DNA of 64,000 nucleotides from Gnetum montanum. Taxonomy: Eukaryota; Plantae; Gnetophyta. The stretch spans positions 124,001 to 188,000 of the forward strand of contig MNCI01000736.1 of the NCBI GenBank assembly GCA_015680685.1. Direction: 5' to 3'. Numbering within the stretch: position 1 is the first letter of the stretch; every line of letters starts with the position of its first letter. The notes below the pieces were generated by a model. The model saw only the letters and a program-made list of their open reading frames with translations, was not told the origin of the DNA and did not search any database. The translations under genes were made by a program, and so were the position numbers. Of the stretch, positions 11,254 to 23,991 are shown one piece after another.

Positions 11254-13932
11254 GATACAAGGAATGAAATATGATTCATCATATATAGAAATGATAAGGC
11301 ATGATAGAAGCTACTTGACACAAAATAACATTTGCAAACTATCAACTAGAGGAATTTCTAAAAAGCTAGAGCCAATTTACAATAGCTCCAAATTTATATT
11401 TAAGTTAATTTACTTGTTTCATTTTTATGTTGTGTTTGATATTATAAATTATATCATTTTATATTAATATTTTCATATCTTTCAATGTTCCAACATTCAA
11501 GGCTTTACAGTTAAGAAAAGTATTTCTTCAAATAGATAATGGAATATTCAATAAGTGAAATGAACTATTTACAATGTATCAGAATGGTACCTTATACTTT
11601 AAGGAAAACAACCTTAAGAATTTGAGTGAAAATATTTTCCACCACTACAAGGCCTTTGATTACATGAAGTTGAAAAATGTGCTAACATGATACTCTCTAG
11701 GGAGAAGTGTTTTAAAGATCTTAAAGAAAAGGATAAGCCTTGTAGATTAGTAATTAATAGAATGATCACTCTAGTGGAGAAATGTGATCATATAAAGTGC
11801 TCTAATTTACTCAAATTAGCTCTAGTCTAATTTTTTATGGGTAGAGATTCATTTTTTATCCACTGCATAGACCTTATTATTAATAACATTTGCAATAGAT
11901 ATTTAATCTTCTACATCCTAAAATATTATCTTATTTAGATTTGAATAGGAAATTTCTTTTTTTACTAATTTTACCTATTTAATAGGTATTCAATTGATGA
12001 ATACATGTTCATTAGTCTTCTTGGTAATGTGTTAAAACAATAGTTCTTCTAAAGTGCCTATATGTAGTAGCTACAAAATAAGAAGGTACCTTGTGGCTAA
12101 TAACAAATCATTAAGTTAAGTCCACAATGTGCATGGAACCATCAAAGAGCCTCATGAGCACCTATATAGAACCATGACCCTACATACAAGTGTATACTTT
12201 GTATAGCATTAGAACCATTGTACATATAAATAGTGATAAGGATACCTAAACCATTTACATGACACAAATAAAACATGATGCTACAAACATAGTCTTAATT
12301 ATATAAAAATACAAGCCCTACATCTACATACTATAATTGAACATCCATAGGTCTCTACCACAACCACATGGTTTCTTGAGTATAAAATATATAATACATG
12401 TAAACTTGCTATTTTCACATTGTACACATGACCTATCAAATTTTAAATATTCACCAAAGAGTTCATGAACCCTCATTGTTACATCGTCATTCAACACATG
12501 GTTTTAAAGTAACACATGTTCATTTCCTAACAGCTGATAACCTCATTGTAGTTAGATTACAACTTTTGATTCATATTTTTCTTCAAATCACCATCCATAG
12601 CTAAACATAAAATTACTATATCATTATAGCATTTTACTAGGTCCCTATAGTTCTCAAACAAGATTCATAGCACCTGGTATCAATCCAACAAACATAGAAA
12701 ACATTACATGTGCAAACTATTAGAAGTAAATGGTCATATGAACTTGTAATTGCATATGAATCATTAACCTACACATTCATATGATACAAACCATGTACAT
12801 AAGCATACACATAAATGTTAGGAGAATACAACTATTATAAGGTAAAGGAAATCCACCAATCATAACTAAAGTTCATGGAATTTCAGAATGATCATAGAAA
12901 ATTTGCAACAAAGATATAAATTCAATGCAATCCAATTAAATTTTTAATTCAAGCTCATGAAATAACATAAATATAGCTTTCAAATGATCTTATGATATCA
13001 TAACATGCATGATAAAATAACATTAGTAGTTCCAAGTTTCAAAATGCACAAGTAGTTGATACAATATTGAATGGAAAAATAAAAAATGATATGGTTTTTT
13101 AAAAAGTGTTTTAGATATAGTATAATTTAATAAAATATGGAATATCATTTTTATAAGTTTCATTGTAAGCTACTCAATCCAAGTAGTACATCTATGGTTC
13201 AAAACACATAACTCACTCATCAAAGCTCTAAATCGAATATTGATTAAATCCACAATAAGCACATCACACATGCTACATATTCACATGTCATAGATAGATC
13301 AAAGAATTACAAAACATAACCATATAGATAAAATGCATAAATGATAAAAACTATGCATAAAACATAAATACATACTAGACAACTATGCTTTTCCTTAGTC
13401 CTTCATTCCTACTAGTTGGAATACTTGCCTAACACATCTCAAAAGATCAATGCATATGATTGTTATTACAATTTTGTCATTATATAGAACAACTATTAAC
13501 TTAGACACAAATATTTTAAGGAAAATTCATTTCATGAAATTCCTACATGAACATAGTAAGGTTTCATGTGATAATTAATAATTCTTATTAAGCTTGATGA
13601 TTTTTGTGCATGAAACAATCAAGAATTTTTTGAAGAAGATTATTTGAGAATTTTTAGAGGTTTGAATCAAAGTATGCAAAGTAATTTGTTATTCTAATGG
13701 TGAAAATGCACATAAAAAAAATCCATAAATTTGAAATGAAGCTTGTAATAGAAACCATTTAGAAAAATAGAGAAGGATCAGTAAAACATTTTATTTAAGT
13801 TAAGCAAAGGATCTAGGATAGATTCATAGTCATAGAAATTTTTTGTTTAAATGAAGCTTAAAGATTATTAACATAGCCAAATATATAATTTTCTTATGGG
13901 CCCACCTATTTGAGCTTATTAGAATGCATTCA

Positions 13933-15649
13933 TAGAACAATATTATTGTTCTACAAAAAGGCTTATTGACATGTTAGCATTAAGATATTTAGACAAAACA
14001 TATGGAGCTAATCAAAAGAAGTTAAATTTTAAATAAATTTTAAGTTGAATGAGAATATATTAATAAGGAAGAGTTTGTAGATTAGTAGTTTGATTTAGTT
14101 TCATAAAAGGCTACCACATCAACTAGCCTACTTAGGTTAATATCTTAAAGCAACCTATGGATTCATAAGCTCAGACTTAGTATAGTTTAACTAGTTGGAG
14201 AGCTCATAGAAGAACAAATTAGATCTACAAGCAAACTTGATTTCAGATCTATCATAGTAGCACCAAATGAGTTAGCACTTAGATGCAAGCAACTTAAGTT
14301 TCTAATTCAATGAAGTTTAAAGAACATTGGTATGTGTCATCTTGAGCTTCTTAAATGCAGATTTGTTGAACTAGACATTGATGCCATAAGGGAATATAAA
14401 ATTGGTTTTACAAATAAAGCTCATATTTTGTGTCACATAGGTTAAGTAAGAAAGGCTTGGTTTTTAGAAGCAAAAAGAGGTTCTACAAGGAGAAGTAAAT
14501 TTGATTTTACAAAGCAAGCTCATATCATTTGATTTAAAGGAGAAAAGCTTTGTAGAATAAAAAATTGGCTCTATAAAAAAACTTAAAAAATGTTTTATAA
14601 ACCATGTTAGCTCAAGGCGTAGTAGAACCAAATATTGGTTCTACAAACAAGCTTTAAATTAGTTCTATGAACCACGTCAACTTCAAGCTTATAAAACATT
14701 TGTAGATCTAAAGGATGATTCTATAAAGGAGTTCAAAATTGATCGTATAAGCCACCTTAGCTCTCAATATAAAATGAGCTTATAGAACAAAAAATGTAGT
14801 TCTATTGAAAAACACTAATTTATTCTACAAGCCACATCAACTTTGGGAAAATAATTTTGTAAAACATAAAAATGATTCTATAAGGAAGCCCAAATATGGT
14901 TCTATGAGCAAAGTCTATGTCTTTTTCCACATAGGCTTAAGAAAGTAGTGTAGTTTATAGAGTAAAATATTGGTTCTACAAATGAGTTTTTAATTATTTG
15001 TATGAATCATGTTAGCATTTGATACATAAGAAGTTTGTAGAACCAAAAAATGATTATACGAATAAAGAAAAAATCAATTATACAAGCCATGTCAGCTTGT
15101 AGAACTAAAAGAGAGTTCTACTTAAATGCTCAAGTCCTACTTTATAAACATGGGGCTCACAACTAAATGATAAACATATTAATTTTTCATACATGCTAAA
15201 TTATGACTTTAATTTAGATGAATAAATCAAAGCTAAATGAGGCTTAGAACAAAGAAGATTTTAAAGATTCTTAGTGGAATGAATATTATAAAAGGATTTA
15301 AAGACCATGTAGGTAAAAGATTCATAAAATTAAAAAATGATTCTATAAAAAGCTCATAGATTTGGTTGTACAAAGAATGGTCAAGGTTTGTGGATTTGAT
15401 TTAGCAAAAATAGAGTTTTTAGAGTCAAAAAAAGAGAAAATTGATGATTTCAAAGGGTCATGTTAATTTTTCAAAGATACACTCACATAAAGCTTCACAT
15501 TAGCACAAACTTTATAGAACTGAAAAAATAATTCTATAGAAAGTTTCCTTTATGGTTTTATAAGCCATTCCAGCATGCTATATGGGCTAGGGAAAAGCTA
15601 AGAAGCTTATTTCATCATGAAATATCATAGAACCAAAAATTGATTCTAT
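13933..15649. repeat. degenerate array of ~14 imperfect palindromes TAGAAC-N~9-GTTCTAY
   Basis: Copies start at ~13933, 14207, 14465, 14553, 14623, 14703, 14783, 14860, 14958, 15038, 15100, 15325, 15515, 15628; spacing is ~60-100 bp in the core. Confidence 0.75.
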
Positions 15650-17468
15650 TAACAAGTTTTACTTGCAACTCATAATGATACATCATCTCATTAATACTTA
15701 GAAAAAAAAGTTATTTTAACTAAGAGTTGAATCTATTAGAGGTAAGTAAAGTATTTGAAAAAATTTATTGAAACTTCTTGGACATTAATGACTTTACATA
15801 AGTAGCTCAGCAAATTTAGGAATATGTAGAGATTTGAGACATTCCAATAGCATGTCTTTAAGTGACCAAATTAGGATTATATCTTTAAAGTATTAATTAA
15901 TAAAGCCATGCTAACTTTTTAATCATAGAGTTGATAAAGAGAAAATATAGATTTTAGTTGCAAAGTGAAATAGCAAATTATAGTTGCATTATAAAGCCCA
16001 AACTGAGTCTTTTGAAGTGTGAGAATATTTTCAATTCAAACTTCTTTTTCAAAATTTCAAATTTAAAATTTTCTCACAAGGAGAAAGAGGGAGCTTCATA
16101 TAAGTTTCAAGATATTAATACTTTTATCCTCTTAGACTACTTATAACATTTCAAGCTAAACATTTATTTGCTACATTAATGGATTAATGTTGAGCATTTA
16201 GAACTAGAGTAAGATGAAAGAGAAATTTTCAATTTTGATGAAGATCATGATTTGGTTAAGATATTATGGCTCAAAATCCTAGGAATAATGGAAGAATGGT
16301 GTGAATTATACAAATATGACAAACCTCAATAAACTTGGATTTAGGCCAAGGGATAAATTAAAAAAAGATTTCATCAATCACCTAGTAGCAAAGATACTCT
16401 TCGAGAAGGATAAGTTCTATTTTAGGGAGAATAGAAAATATTTTATTAACATTAGCACCAAAAATGCATACCAACTCTATGACATCATAGAGCCTAACAT
16501 TAGTGAGGAAGAATCATAGTAGATTAATGAGAAAGTGCTAAGTGAATGATTTTCGCTGCAACCAAATATAGGAAAGGATGTAAGACTTCCACTAGCTTAG
16601 CACACAAAAGCTTGGGACTGCTAAACTATCATCTTAAAAGAAACTAACCTTAGTTTTTTTCATTGAATTTTTATTTTAGCTTTTAATATTTGTATAGGAC
16701 TTGTAATCAACTTTATTGGAGATGATCATGTTTGGGTTTGGGTAGCTCTAGAAAATGGAAGAAATTTCTTCCCTTTCCAATATATGAATGATATGTTATA
16801 ATAGATCTTGGTAGAGATTCATGAGAAAGAGATATAATTGAATATAAGCTTATTTATGATGGATTATCTTCCAAGTGAAATGCTAAAACTAAAGTAGAAA
16901 TCCCAATTTTTGTTAGATATATCTCATAGTACAAAGCTTAGCTAGAAGACTCTTGTTATGAATTTTTCCCATTTACTTATCTAAAGAGATATTTTGATGT
17001 CCAAGATTTATATTTTTTGATGAATTATGTATATTCCCATATTTTTAAATTCATCTTAAGGACTTTTCTACCATGAGTAGACTAGAAAATTATTGATAAA
17101 ATCTACAACAAGTGCCAAGCTATTTTACTTCTTTCTCTTGAGACTTAGATTCTAAACGTAGGTTTTGAAGGCCAAGCTCAAAAGCTACTAAGATTCATTG
17201 CTTCTTATTTGGAATAAAAATATGGAAGTGCATGCTTAGATAAGACTATAAACACAAGAAATTATTTTATTTGAAATTTGACTTTTGAAAGTTTAACAAT
17301 GCAAGGCACCTCAAGGGAATGAATAAGAGGTATAAAGAACAATATTCTCTTCCATTAGTTCTAAAAAGGATCTACTTAGCTACAAAGACTAGACTAGTGT
17401 ATTATCCTAATGAAATGGATGTTCTATATCAAAGAGCTTTGGATAGAAAAGTAAATCAAGAAAAATAT

Positions 17469-18570
17469 TATTGACCTTTTTGCATGTCAAAACCTTAAGG
17501 ACAATGGAGAAAATATAATGCTTGTGGTGGATGATGATTTTATAGGACATGAACAAGAAATCCACAATGAGACCTAAGAACTTAAGGAAACAAGATGTAT
17601 GACGAGATGTCAAAATGAAGACTACATTGGCAAGATGAGAGCATAGATCGATAGGAATGAAAATGAAGACTACAAATAAAATGAACATGCTCCAAGGATT
17701 GGCAAGAAGGCAAAGTGACAAAATAAAGACTTAGAAGATAAAGCATAAAATTTGAGGAGATGTCTCTTAAAAATAGTAGACATCTACATTCAAGAGAAGA
17801 TTTCTCCTTGTAGACATCCCATAAATGACATCCCATTTTCTAGTAATATGTCTCTCCTGAATTAAGGCTAATCTTAGGTAGACATCACAACTTAAAAAGA
17901 AACATATACACTAGCCATTTAGTAGCTATTGCATGAATTCCAAGGAGTTTTCGGAAACTCCAAGGCTATAAGAAGATACCAAAACCTTAGGAATTGTACA
18001 AGCACTATTCAAACTAAAGCTCCTAATTATCTATTCTATGTTATTCTAGTATTGCTCTTTATTGTAACATGATTTTCTTAATTGTAAGTTGTATTGAGAT
18101 TCAAGTACAAGACTTGTAAATTTATTTACATTTTTTCCTTATTTCTTTCTCTCTTACTTATTTCTTTGTAGGGTTGATGTGCTTCTCGAGAGAAGGCATC
18201 TACATTGAGCTTGTTAGGACTTTACAGGGTTAAGTGATTTTGTAGCACCAAAACACTTTGGAGTAGAGCTCACTTTTGTAAAGGTCATAGGATTCTTAAA
18301 ATTACATTTTGAGCTAATTGGGATCTTGTGAGGTTGAGAGGTTATGTAGCAATGAAGAACTCTAGAGTAGAGATCAAAGCTTGTAGAGGGTATGGTGTCC
18401 TTCAAACCACATTTTTGAGAAACAAAGTCCAAAGATGTTCATAGGTTCTACTCTCTAAGTGTGGATGTATCCAAGTTTGGGAACCATGTAAAATTTGGTT
18501 TGTTTTATGTGGAAGATGAAATTTTAATTGGGGAACTTATTCAACCCTCCTTCTAATTTCTTGATCCACA
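17469..18570 (+). repeat. 5' LTR of the copia element
   Basis: TATTGACC...CCACA, direct repeat of 22927-23991; TATA-like GGCTATAAGA at ~17965. Confidence 0.9.
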
Positions 18571-18572
18571 AG

Positions 18573-18584
18573 TGGTATTAGAGC
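18573..18584 (+). promoter_or_regulatory. primer-binding site, tRNA-iMet (copia)
   Basis: TGGTATTAGAGC 2 nt after the LTR end. Confidence 0.9.
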
Positions 18585-18626
18585 CTGGCACTTTCAAGTT
18601 CATGCTTCAACTTTCCAAAGTGAACT

Positions 18627-20450
18627 ATGGAGGGCATATCCTACAAAAAGTCACCAGTGTTCAATGGGTTTGATTTTTCTTATTAGAAGAAAAGGATGCA
18701 AAAATTATTTGAGTCACTATAATTTGAGGTATGGGAGTCAATTCTTGAAGGCTACACACCACCCATTGACAATACATCAAAGGCCCTCAAGACACAAAGC
18801 AAGTAGATGTCTAAAGAAGAGATAAATTTATGTATGATTATAAAACAAGACATTTTTTATATTGTGCATTAAATAATTCTAAATTAAATAGAATAGCATG
18901 ATGAAAAACTACTAAAGAAATTTGAAAAACCTTATAAGCTACCTATAAGGGTACATCCATAGTCAAATAATCAAAACTTTTGGTTTTGCAAAGTGAATAT
19001 GACAAACTTAAAATGAGGCAAGGTGAAAAGATTAAAGATTATTTTTCTAGGGAAAATGATCTAGTTGTAGTAATTAGGGGTATAGGAAAGGACTTGTCTA
19101 AAAGTGAAGTAATTATTAAAATGATTAGAATACTACAACCTGAATTTAGATCTAAGATTATAGCTACAGAAGAGATTAGAGATTTTTCGATCTTAAAATT
19201 CAAAGACCTCCAAAGTTGTATTATTACTTATGAAATGGATCTCATAAGTGAAGGAGTAATAAAAGAAAATCTCATTGCCTTAAAATTAGCATCTAAATAG
19301 AAAGAACCTGGGAAATAAGAAATGAATTGTGGGAAGAAGTACCTCTTCTATCAAGAAGATTTCAAAGGCTTCTACCATGTAAAGGAAGAAGCTTCAATCA
19401 ACTAGGACCTAACCAATCCACCACAAAAGGTAAAGATAAAGGTAAGAATTTTTGAAATTTAAATTTTGATGTTTTTTCAATAGAATGTTAGGTAGATGAT
19501 GGAAGAGACCATGCAACCTTCAAATGTCCTAGCATTGGAAAATTATAATGAAAGGATAAGACTAGCATGGATATGAAAAAGAATAACTTCCAATCAAGGT
19601 AGGATGATGGAAAGCAAAGTGAAGAAGAGGTGGATGACACTTCAAAAAATTCACATATCATCTGTATGGCTCTTACAGATGATGATACTAGCATGTTAGA
19701 TGATGATGATCAAATGGAAAATGACGAAGAAAGATATGATCTCTTGTGCAATGAAATTCTATCTCTTCAAAATATTTATATAAAATTAAATAAAGAATTA
19801 AAAAACAAAGATTAAGATGTCTCTTTATTAAATATGAAAATTTTAGATCTCACAAAAGAAACCTTACACCTAAGAGCTAAGAATAAAAAACTAATTCTAT
19901 CCTATGAGTAGATTAAGGGAGAACTTGTAGATGCTAAACTTGCAAATGAGAGGTTGCTCAAAGAAAAATAATATCTCTAAATAGTTATTGGGAAAGAAAG
20001 AATTACAAATGATAAAAGTGGACTAGGTTTCTATCAACAAGAAAAAGGATCCACACAAAATTTATTCAAATAAGAGGCTCCTTCAAAGATTAAGGTCACT
20101 ACTAGTACTACAGTTAACCAAAGAGTAACTCCAAGGTTTGATAATTTTAATCTAAACAAAAGAATTATAGGTTATTATTGTAATAGAGTTTGAAATAAGT
20201 AATAAAATTGCAATTTAAAGTATTATCTATTTGGACATATCGTAAAAATCCTTGTTCTTATCCAAATGTATCGAGAAAGAAAATTGTGCACTATAACAAA
20301 AAAAGGTGAACAAATAAAAAAGGTAAGAAAGTTAGGAAGGTATGGATAATTAAAAAGAAGGAAGATGATAGTGAGATATTCTCCAAAAAATTTATGAAAG
20401 GTATCCAATATTTGGAAATAGAAGAAATTTCATGAAAGGAGTTACCTTGA
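18627..20450 (+). pseudogene. copia gag (UBN2-type) with long coiled-coil extension
   Basis: SPVFNGFDFSY*KKRM, VWESILEGYTPP, LQSEYDKLKMRQGEKIKDYFSR, KSGLGF motif. Confidence 0.88.
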
Positions 20451-20884
20451 AAGAGGGATCTCATTCTCAAGCTCCTTAGGCACCATCATTATCTTCAACA
20501 AGAAAGGTAAGTAGATGTAGTTCTTCAATTCATTATGAATATCTCTTAAGACTATAGTCCTTGGTAGCCATCCTTGAGCCTTTTCTTGCTAAGATGTTTA
20601 CCTAAAGATATCTTTCATGAGACTTCTTCATCATAAGAGAGATGTCTACTTAGAGACATTTATTTTCTAAGTGAGACGTCTACATAATTTTTGATAGATG
20701 TGACATAGGTTTCTACATTTCAAAGGAATGTATATATTTTTGTAAAAAGTCCCTAATGACCATGATTATATAAATCCAAACATTCATTTCTTATTCATTC
20801 TTCCACATCTAAGCATAGAAGATCAAGGGTGGATAACTAGGGCTTCACCAATAATAGCGAGTTATGCAAGTTTTTTCAATCTCC

Positions 20885-22512
20885 ATGGCCCATAAGAACA
20901 CTAAAATGTTAAGGCCACTACCAAGGAAGAGCAAAAAGTCAAAGGAAGCGACTTCCAGCACAGAAGCATCTATTCTTCACATTTCATATCTATTGAGGCC
21001 TAGAATTAGTTTGAGGTAGTTCAAACCATCTCTATTATCTCTAAACATTCTCTTTGTTTGTAGCAGTGCTATTAGAAATAATTGATGGGGTTCTTTCAAG
21101 TTTTGAATTAGATTTCATTCATTTCCATCAATTTATGTGTGCCTAAAATTCTCATACAAAAATTCTATTATAACATTATCATTACAAATACATCTATTGG
21201 AGCTTTTACTATAATGGTTGGGGGTGTGTTGATTGATGTTTCTCATCAAGTAGTTAATGCAATTCCTGGGATATCTAGTGCTAATTTTTTTAGGATTACC
21301 ACTCATTCCATGAATGAAATTTTCACAAATGGTGTGAATCTTGTCTCCCAAGATGAATTTTGTGATTCTTTGTTGTAGGAGTTTGTGTCTCTATGTACTG
21401 GAAGAATTTATTCAAGTCAGATGATCCTTGATGCCTTCATCCTCTATCTCATTATTTTATATAATTCCATTGTAAAAGGTGGAAGCTATAACTATTTTTT
21501 GCTAGACCAAGCATTTGTTCTCTATTGCCTTCTCATAAAAAACCTTTGGGGTTGGATCATACTCTATGTCGAGACATGTTGGGCTTCTTCACCAAGGATA
21601 GAATCTATGAGCATCCTCACCTCATTAGTTTGTTGATTTGATAGAGAGGTGTTTCCATTTGAACATGCATTTTCTTAAAGGAAAGAAAATGTTTGATGAG
21701 TATTTAGAAAAGAGGAGCTTCACCCATGCTAAAGATGTAGAACCCAGCACCAAGACTTACAAATTAAGAAATAAGAAATTTGCATCACCATCTTAGACCT
21801 CTCCTCATTTGAGAAGGTCTAAATTTTTTGGAGGTCAGGTGAGGTCTTCTCTAAAGAAGTTTCTTAAGCCCTTTTCTCATGCAATTAGAAGAATTTGTAG
21901 GAAGCACTCTTACCTTCATAAAAGAATGGACATAGCTAGAGTACCTCTACCTCTTGATGGATAGCAGTTTAAGGAGATCACCATGCCTCCTATATTAGAT
22001 AGTGAGGAAAATTTTCTAGCCCTACCTAGACATTTAGTAGTAGTTGGGCCTTGTTGACCTTATGACTTAAGAAATGCATTAGATTTAGAGGAGCTAGATG
22101 CATCACTAATACATGTCTATGGAGATTTTCCTAATCCCATGTAGCCTACACCTAATTCTCATCATCAAGATGATGCTTTGCAAATATTTGTGTATCAGGT
22201 CATGGATAGCATCTTCGGGACTTCTTTCCCATGGAGACTTTCCAATCTTATCACTTATCAAAATAAGGGTGATTTCTCATCCTCTTAGTGGGCTCCATCC
22301 TAATAGGATCCGCCAACTTCATCTCAATTTCAAGTGAAGCTTCATACATGAAGGGTTCTAGTTTAACTACCATCTTTGGACAATGACAATGAGCAATGTG
22401 TCTCCAACACCAACACCAATAGTAATGATGATGAGGTAGAGACCTATAGACCATCTCATGTTGCAACTACTTTTGATGAGGATTTTGATGATGCCAGTGA
22501 GGATAGTGATTA
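20885..22512 (+). pseudogene. env-like/3' accessory ORF of the Sirevirus-like element
   Basis: PKILIQKFYYN...VGGVLIDVS..VNAI.GI (resembles the '..LVREFYAN...V.G..I' motif of such ORFs); acidic tail DEDFDDASEDSD*. Confidence 0.65.
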
Positions 22513-22926
22513 GTCCTCAAGTGATTCCTCCTTTTGGGTGATGTCCAAAAAAAGGAAGAATTTTTGGATAGTTTATTGTGCATTGGATAGTTTATTTTGA
22601 GGATAGTATAAATTTGTACATTGTGGATGGACAAAAATAATATGTCATATGTACATGTATGAACATTTTCTCATGAACTTTGTGCCCTTTTTATATGGAT
22701 GATGACTATGCTATATAGATAGGTTGGCATAGTTGTAATAATCCCTTGTTTATTCTTGAACCTATTGGCCTCAAATCTTATATTTTTACCTCAACACTTA
22801 ACTTTGGCTAACATTGGAATTTATATGTCTTAAGCATTTTTATTGATTACCATTATTTAAATTTTATTCCATAATGTCTACTATCTCATTTTCTTAAGTT
22901 TTGGACCTCACCAAAAAAGGGAAGAT

Positions 22927-23991
22927 TATTGACCTTTTGGTATGTCAAAACCTTAAGGAAAATGGAGAAAATAGAATGCTTGTGGTGGATGATGATTTTG
23001 CAAAACATGAAAGGAAACTTCACAATGAGACCAAAGAGCTCAAGGAAATGAGATCTATGATGAGATGTAAAAATGAAGACTACATGGACAAGATGAGAGC
23101 ATGGACAAGCATGAACGAAAATGAAGGCTACAAATCAAATGAAGATGCTCCAAGGATAGGAAAGAATGCAAAGTGACAAGAGAAAGTGTCAAAAGACAAA
23201 GCATAAAATTTAAGGAGATGTATATTAAAAATAGTATATGTCTACATCTAAGAGAAGATGTCTTCATGTAGACACCCCATAGAAGCTGTTACATTTTTTA
23301 GTGAGATGTCCCTTCTAAATTGAGGCCAATCTTAAGTAGACATTCCAACTTTGAAGGAGATGTCTAGACTAGCCATTTGGTAGTTGTTGCATGAATTTTG
23401 AGGACTTTTCAAAACCTCCAAGGCTATAAGAAAATATCAAAATCTATGAAATTGTACAAGAACTATTCACACTCAAGCCCCTAATATTCTATTCAATGTT
23501 ATTATATTCTTACTCTTCATTGTAACATCATTTGGTTGATTTTGAGTTGTACTAAGCTTCAAATACAAGGAATTGTAAATTTAGTTACATTATTTCCTTA
23601 TTTCTTTATCTCTTTCTTTTTGTCCTATGGGGTTGATTTGCTTCTTGCAAGAAGGCATCCACATTGAGCTTCTTGGGTCCAAAGTGGAGCTTAATTTTCT
23701 AAAGGTTGTGAGATCCTTGAAATCACATTTTGAGATTATTGAGACCTTGTAGGATTAAGTTATTTTGTAGTGATAAAACAATTCAAAGTGAATCTTAGAG
23801 CTTGTATAGGGTGTGATGCCCTTAAAACCACATTTTTGAGAAACAAAGTTTGAAGGTGTGCATGGATTCTATCCTCTAAGTATGGATGTATCCAAGTTAG
23901 GGAACCACATAAAATTTGATGTGTTTTGTGTGGCAGGTGCAATTTTAATTGGGAAACTTATTCAACCTTCCTTTTAATTTCTCAATCTATA
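22927..23991 (+). repeat. 3' LTR of the copia element
   Basis: Directly follows the PPT AAAAAAGGGAAGA; direct repeat of the 5' LTR. Confidence 0.9.

Larger units (their letters stand above)
17469..23991 (+). mobile_element. Sirevirus/Maximus-like Ty1/copia element lacking pol (gag + env-like ORF)
   Basis: Paired ~1.1-kb LTRs, PBS-iMet, copia gag, acidic-tailed env-like ORF, two PPT-like tracts (CCAAAAAAAGGAAGAA ~22546; CCAAAAAAGGGAAGA 22911). No PR/INT/RT motifs between gag and the env-like ORF. Confidence 0.85.

Noticed and set aside
13933-15649. CRISPR array or heat-shock elements
   Set aside because: Eukaryotic context, degenerate repeats with related spacers, and a GAA-TTC spacing of 11 nt that does not fit HSE phasing.
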